A stretch of 41,896 bases of DNA. Origin: Gemmatimonadota bacterium (GTDB lineage: Bacteria > Gemmatimonadota > Gemmatimonadetes > Palauibacterales > Palauibacteraceae). Made by a program: the position numbers and the translations under genes. Below the pieces are notes generated by a model. That model worked only from the letters and a program-made list of their open reading frames with translations. It had not been told where the DNA came from and ran no database searches. The stretch covers positions 1 through 41,896 of the forward strand of contig JBDHAC010000068.1 in NCBI GenBank assembly GCA_039588275.1, given 5' to 3'. Positions 38,701-41,896 of the stretch are shown here, piece after piece. The first letter of the stretch is position 1. Every line of letters starts with the position of its first letter.

Positions 38701-39332
38701 GCCCGGTCAACCTCCTCGCGCAGAAGGAATACGACGAGGAGAAGGAGCGATTCGAGTTCCTGCTGGATCAAAAGGACGATCTCGTCTCGGCGCGCGACGA
38801 CCTGCGGGAGTCGATTCGGCGCATCAACCGGAGCGCGGCCGAATCGTTCTCCGAAACGTTCGAGCAGATTCGGGAGAACTTCCAGCGAACGTTCTCGACG
38901 CTCTTTCAGGGCGGCGAGTGCAACCTATGGCTAGATGACCCCAACGATCCGCTGGACTCCCCGATCGAGATCTCGGCCAGTCCGCGAGGCAAGCGCACGC
39001 AGCGGATTCACCTCCTCTCGGGTGGCGAGCGCGCTCTCACGGCTCTGGCTCTGCTGTTCGCGATCTATCTCGTGAGACCCAGCCCCTTCTGCCTGATGGA
39101 CGAGGTGGACGCGCCGCTCGACGAAACGAACATCCTGCGGTTCGTGAACATGTTGCAGGAGTTCAAGAAGGACACGCAGTTCCTCGTCATCACACACAAC
39201 CCGCGCACGATCGAGTCCGCGGATTGGGTGTACGGGGTGACGATGCAGGAGCCCGGAGTGTCCTCGATCGTCGGGGTCCAATTCGAGGCTGCGGTTCCGA
39301 TCGAAGCGACCGCTCCGAGCCAGGTCGCCTAG
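35784..39332 (+). CDS. smc: Chromosome segregation protein SMC
   Basis: GFKSF, Walker A GPNGCGKS, long coiled coils around a hinge, LGPVN, LSGGE, Walker B CLMDEVDAPLD, ITHN, GVTMQEPGVS. Confidence 0.97.
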   Translation: MRIKSLSLHGFKSFADRTKLEFHEGITAVVGPNGCGKSNISDALRWVLGEQRPTVIRGSRMDEAIFGGTEQRRPIHRAEVTLELANEDGALPVPYSEVLVGRTVYRGGESEYSLNASPCRLRDIQDLCRDTGLGANAYAVIEGRMIDAILSDRAEERRALFEEAAAIGRYKDRRRVAMRRLEQAEGDLQRLEDVLVEVQSKVRSLAQQRGRAQRQVKLRERLLQLEVAVADARLRETAERLAEAERELERLQHTQPSEQAELQTAETEAETLRIEQAEAERARARLARRLDEIRRTLEQRERERLIAQERGAAARARLEGLAQESGDVERRVEALGASVTDVRAEVDRSRDAHARRVAEETALVSAVEALEANRDEARHDADRAREALEAVRREHDRFDSEFQTAADRAEEHAAELNRRRVALQELEGEESDLEATIAAAAERGRESAVLAEKLRQEEAEAQDALEAAHARALTLRDRVAKLEGDLSAARARASSLSSLLASGAHLPSVVSDLMSDPGQVQGVVTVLSECIEAPTEVARAVESHLGPYLHGVIVKDWAAVQRVKAWLDRKSAGEGVLLLPLDPGPSETSTNGGSDSPLLDAIEIRGAGEPWVRALLSGVALRADQGLAPSSTPWVGHGGHRQDRWGAVYLGHPGDGDGVLSVRADLQTQGEAAERAESELAQAREEATAAEHAIAECRAALEARETERRTAELSGREHEAERTATEARLARIREEAADVSGRIDQLDALRSTAAELAGAGDDRRGALLQRLEEAEATFADSNARVLSARDSAQDKRTALHELQLELARAGADLEAREEALRRLVEADEELRGRAASLEEERTAQKETAAKCDQIVTDAEEEITRCLEERGDWDRKLGEAETQIAERRQMLDRREAGLREARRAEREHTDRRHSLELEVTELRAARSSVHERLEAEWDTPLDELRERVEPLEDGDLATWDEELEAIRRSLARLGPVNLLAQKEYDEEKERFEFLLDQKDDLVSARDDLRESIRRINRSAAESFSETFEQIRENFQRTFSTLFQGGECNLWLDDPNDPLDSPIEISASPRGKRTQRIHLLSGGERALTALALLFAIYLVRPSPFCLMDEVDAPLDETNILRFVNMLQEFKKDTQFLVITHNPRTIESADWVYGVTMQEPGVSSIVGVQFEAAVPIEATAPSQVA

Positions 39333-39359
39333 GCAGGTCGAAGCCGGGCCTGCGAGGAC

Positions 39360-40139
39360 ATGGGACATCTCGTCGTCGTCGGGTGCGGCACGGTCGTTCC
39401 CCGGCCGGACCGGGGGGGCTCCTGCTACTACCTCGAGCTGGACGGGGCGCGAGCGCTTCTGGACTGCGGGCCGGGGGCGACGCTCGGTCTTCCCCGGCAC
39501 GGGGTCGAGTGGGGAAACCTCACCGACCTCGTCATCACCCATTTCCACGCCGACCACATCGGCGCCCTGCCCGCGTTCTTCTTCGCCCTGCGCCACGGTC
39601 TCGAGGCTCCTCGCGATGCTCCCCTCGATGTTTGGGGACCGCGCGGAACCCGGCGGTTGTTCACGCGACTGGACGCCGCCTTCGGCAGCTTCATGCTCGA
39701 CCCCGGATTCGCTCTCCGGTTGCACGAGCTCGCGCCGGAGGACGATATCGAGCTTGCGGCGGGAGTCCGGCTCCGGACCCATAAGACGCCGCACACGGAC
39801 GAGAGCGTCGCCGTGCGCCTCGACGGCACGAGCGCCAGCGTGGGCTACACGGGCGACACCGGCCCGAGCGAGTCGCTCGGGCCCTTCATGCGGGGGACGG
39901 ATGTCCTCGTGTGCGAGTGCTCGCTCCTCGACTCGGAGGTTGGAGACAACCACCTCTCCCCGTCGGGCGTGGCCAGCATCGCGCGTGAAGCCCGTCCGGG
40001 ACTCCTGCTCCTCACGCACGTCTATCCGCACGTCCTCGAGCGCGAGAATCTCCCGGCTCTCGTGCGGGAAGCCGGGTATGAAGGGGGAGAGTTGGAGCTC
40101 GCGCGGGATGGGTACTCCGTGAGCTTGGCGACGTCCTAG
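39360..40139 (+). CDS. Metallo-beta-lactamase-fold hydrolase, RNase Z/ElaC-like
   Basis: VVGCG, LLDCG, THFHADH (HxHxDH), YTGDTG, CEC, HLSP, LTH. Confidence 0.85.
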   Translation: MGHLVVVGCGTVVPRPDRGGSCYYLELDGARALLDCGPGATLGLPRHGVEWGNLTDLVITHFHADHIGALPAFFFALRHGLEAPRDAPLDVWGPRGTRRLFTRLDAAFGSFMLDPGFALRLHELAPEDDIELAAGVRLRTHKTPHTDESVAVRLDGTSASVGYTGDTGPSESLGPFMRGTDVLVCECSLLDSEVGDNHLSPSGVASIAREARPGLLLLTHVYPHVLERENLPALVREAGYEGGELELARDGYSVSLATS

Positions 40140-40247
40140 CAGGCCGCTACGTGCCGCGTCGTTGACGAACGGGTGATCCGCCTCGACTATTCCCTACCCT
40201 GCGCCCGGGATGCATAGCCCGGAAGTATCGCCGACACCGAGGGATCC

Positions 40248-41294
40248 ATGCTCGTCGTAATGAAGCACGGGGCGACCTCCGACCAGGTCGACGAGGTCGT
40301 CCGCACGATAGAGGAGATGGGTTACCGCGCCCGGCCCATGCCGGGGCGGCAGCGCACGACCGTAGGACTCATCGGCAACGATGGCCGCGTGAACGCCGAC
40401 CGCCTCGTCGGGTTGCACGGGGTCCTGCGAATCATCCACGTCTCGCAGCCCTACAAGCAGGTAAGTCGCGAGTGGTGCCCTGAGAACACGATCATCGAGC
40501 TCGCGAACGGAGTGCGTGTGGGGGGCGATGAAGTCGTCCTCATGGCGGGCCCGTGTGCAGTCGAGTCCGAGGAGCAGATCCTCCAGACCGCCCGTCGCGT
40601 GGTCGCGGCCGGAGCCACGGTGCTGCGCGGCGGCGCGTTCAAACCGCGTACCTCCCCATACTCGTTTCAGGGGCTCGGTGAGGAGGGTCTGCAGCTGCTG
40701 GCGCTGGCGCGCGCGGAAACGGGGCTGGCCATCGTTACCGAGGCGTTGGATCCAGCCGGGGCCGAATTGGTGGCCGAGTACGCGGACATCGTCCAGGTCG
40801 GGGCGCGCAACATGCAGAACTACTCTCTGTTGCGGGCGGCCGGCCGAGCCGGCAAGCCGGTGCTTCTCAAGCGAGGGATGTCCGCGACCATCCGGGAGCT
40901 CCTGCTGGCGGCCGAGTACATCGTCCTCGAGGGCGAGTCGCGCGTGATCCTCTGTGAGCGGGGAGTCCGGAGCTTCGACGACCACGCGCGCAACCTGCTG
41001 GATCTGACGGCGATCGCGAGCGTGAAGGAGCTTTCCCATCTGCCCATCATCGCCGATCCGAGCCACGGCACAGGGGCTCGCAGCAAGGTCGGACCGATGG
41101 CTCGCGCGGCGGTGGCGGGTGGCGCGGATGGTCTGATCGTCGAGGTGCACCCGAGCCCGCCGGACGCGGTTTCCGATGGCGCCCAATCTCTCACACCGGA
41201 TGAATTCGACGAGCTGGTGACCGAGCTCGAAACGATCGCCGGAGCCATCGGGCGCTCGATCGTCCGGCTACCGGAGCTGGCCGCCCGGGCGTGA
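40248..41294 (+). CDS. aroF: 3-deoxy-7-phosphoheptulonate (DAHP) synthase, type I-beta, with an N-terminal regulatory domain
   Basis: MAGPCAVES, LRGGAFKPRTSPYSFQGLG, QVGARNMQN, LLKRG, LCERG, DPSHGTG, EVHP, SDG. Confidence 0.95.
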   Translation: MLVVMKHGATSDQVDEVVRTIEEMGYRARPMPGRQRTTVGLIGNDGRVNADRLVGLHGVLRIIHVSQPYKQVSREWCPENTIIELANGVRVGGDEVVLMAGPCAVESEEQILQTARRVVAAGATVLRGGAFKPRTSPYSFQGLGEEGLQLLALARAETGLAIVTEALDPAGAELVAEYADIVQVGARNMQNYSLLRAAGRAGKPVLLKRGMSATIRELLLAAEYIVLEGESRVILCERGVRSFDDHARNLLDLTAIASVKELSHLPIIADPSHGTGARSKVGPMARAAVAGGADGLIVEVHPSPPDAVSDGAQSLTPDEFDELVTELETIAGAIGRSIVRLPELAARA

Positions 41295-41304
41295 TCCTGG
41301 TTGC

Positions 41305-41685
41305 GTGACGTCCGGAACGGCGAGTGCGCGGCTCGGACGGAGTGGTGAGGAGCTCGCGGCTCGATTCCTCGAAAAGGCCGGTTACCGGGTACTGGCGCGC
41401 AACTGGCGCGCCGGGCACAGCGAGGTGGACATCGTGGCCCTGCATGGCGGCACGGTGGCCTTCGTCGAAGTCAAGACGCGCAGACCGGGCCCGGAACGAC
41501 CCATCGAATCTCTCACCCCGCGGCAGCGCCGGACGCTCAGACGGGCCGCCGAGGCATGGATCCACGCGCACCCCGGGATCGGAAACGAATTCCGTTTCGA
41601 CCTGATAGCGGTGGAGGTGGCCGAGGGCAGGCCGCCGCGCGTCGAGCACCTGGCGAACGCTTTCTACGGGGAAGAGGCGCTCTAG
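41305..41685 (+). CDS. YraN/UPF0102 family PD-(D/E)xK nuclease-like protein
   Basis: LGRSGEELAARFL..GY..LARNWR...EVDIVA...FVEVKTR...RFDLIAV...HLANAF. Confidence 0.92.
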   Translation: MTSGTASARLGRSGEELAARFLEKAGYRVLARNWRAGHSEVDIVALHGGTVAFVEVKTRRPGPERPIESLTPRQRRTLRRAAEAWIHAHPGIGNEFRFDLIAVEVAEGRPPRVEHLANAFYGEEAL

Positions 41686-41686
41686 C

Positions 41687-41896
41687 TCTAAGTGACAGGA
41701 TGGTTGTTCACCGGAAGCCGACGAGTAAGCTGGAGGTGTTCGAAGCCTTCACAACTCACTCGTCGGGGGATCCGGTGAACGGGCACAAGAATGCGAAGCT
41801 GACGCCTTCGGGGCGAGCCCTGCTGGTGAATCGGATCGAGTCTGGGGAGCGGGCGGAGGTAGTGGCCCAGGAGATGGGAGTGAGCCGGCGGACGGC
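41687..41896 (+). mobile_element. Left end of an IS481-family insertion sequence (runs off the window)
   Basis: Preceded by TCTAGC (NCTAGN target type, 41681-41686); IR-like end TCTAAGTGACAGGATGGTTGTTCAC; followed by a transposase N-terminus. Confidence 0.8.
41775..41896 (+). CDS. IS481-family transposase, N-terminal HTH (partial)
   Basis: My translation from GTG 41775: MNGHKNAKLTPSGRALLVNRIESGERAEVVAQEMGVSRRT, matching the HxNAxLTPxGR...A...GVSxxT N-terminus of IS481 transposases. Confidence 0.88.
   Translation, partial: MNGHKNAKLTPSGRALLVNRIESGERAEVVAQEMGVSRRT

Overview
This is a high-GC (~70% by eye) bacterial chromosome segment, almost entirely on the + strand. Gene content and order suggest Gemmatimonadota (inference). 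It has three parts. (1) A tightly coupled housekeeping run at 181-12165: alaS, a small hypothetical, an SDR, a CCA-adding enzyme, rarA, hflX, a DUF2520/PanG-like protein, pdxJ, a UPF0104 flippase-like gene that apparently starts at CTG, ispE and tRNA-Gln(UUG). (2) A ~12.6 kb accessory block of mostly envelope/secreted genes that splits the usual ispE-tRNA(Gln)-prs adjacency: an RCC1 propeller lipoprotein, YyaL/DUF255, a frameshifted CarboxypepD_reg + plug-domain gene and a truncated paralog, a sorbosone-dehydrogenase-like lipoprotein, an M14 peptidase, MscS and a Met-rich protein. (3) prs-rplY-pth-hppA, rpsF (with an S6:S18 leader)-rpsR-DUF2232-rplI-rsfS, two SPOR-domain genes, smc, an RNase Z-like hydrolase, aroF, YraN and the left end of an IS481-family element. 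I see no CRISPR, defence system, integrase or reverse transcriptase. The best novelty candidates are the SPOR pair before smc (one has a catalytically dead MinD/CpsD-like cytoplasmic domain; the other has a SPOR domain hidden behind a frameshift), a small prenyltransferase-helix-like protein after alaS, a 13-bp tandem array resembling the tRNA 5' end, and the barrel-less plug-domain gene. All calls come from motif recognition by eye; no searches were run.
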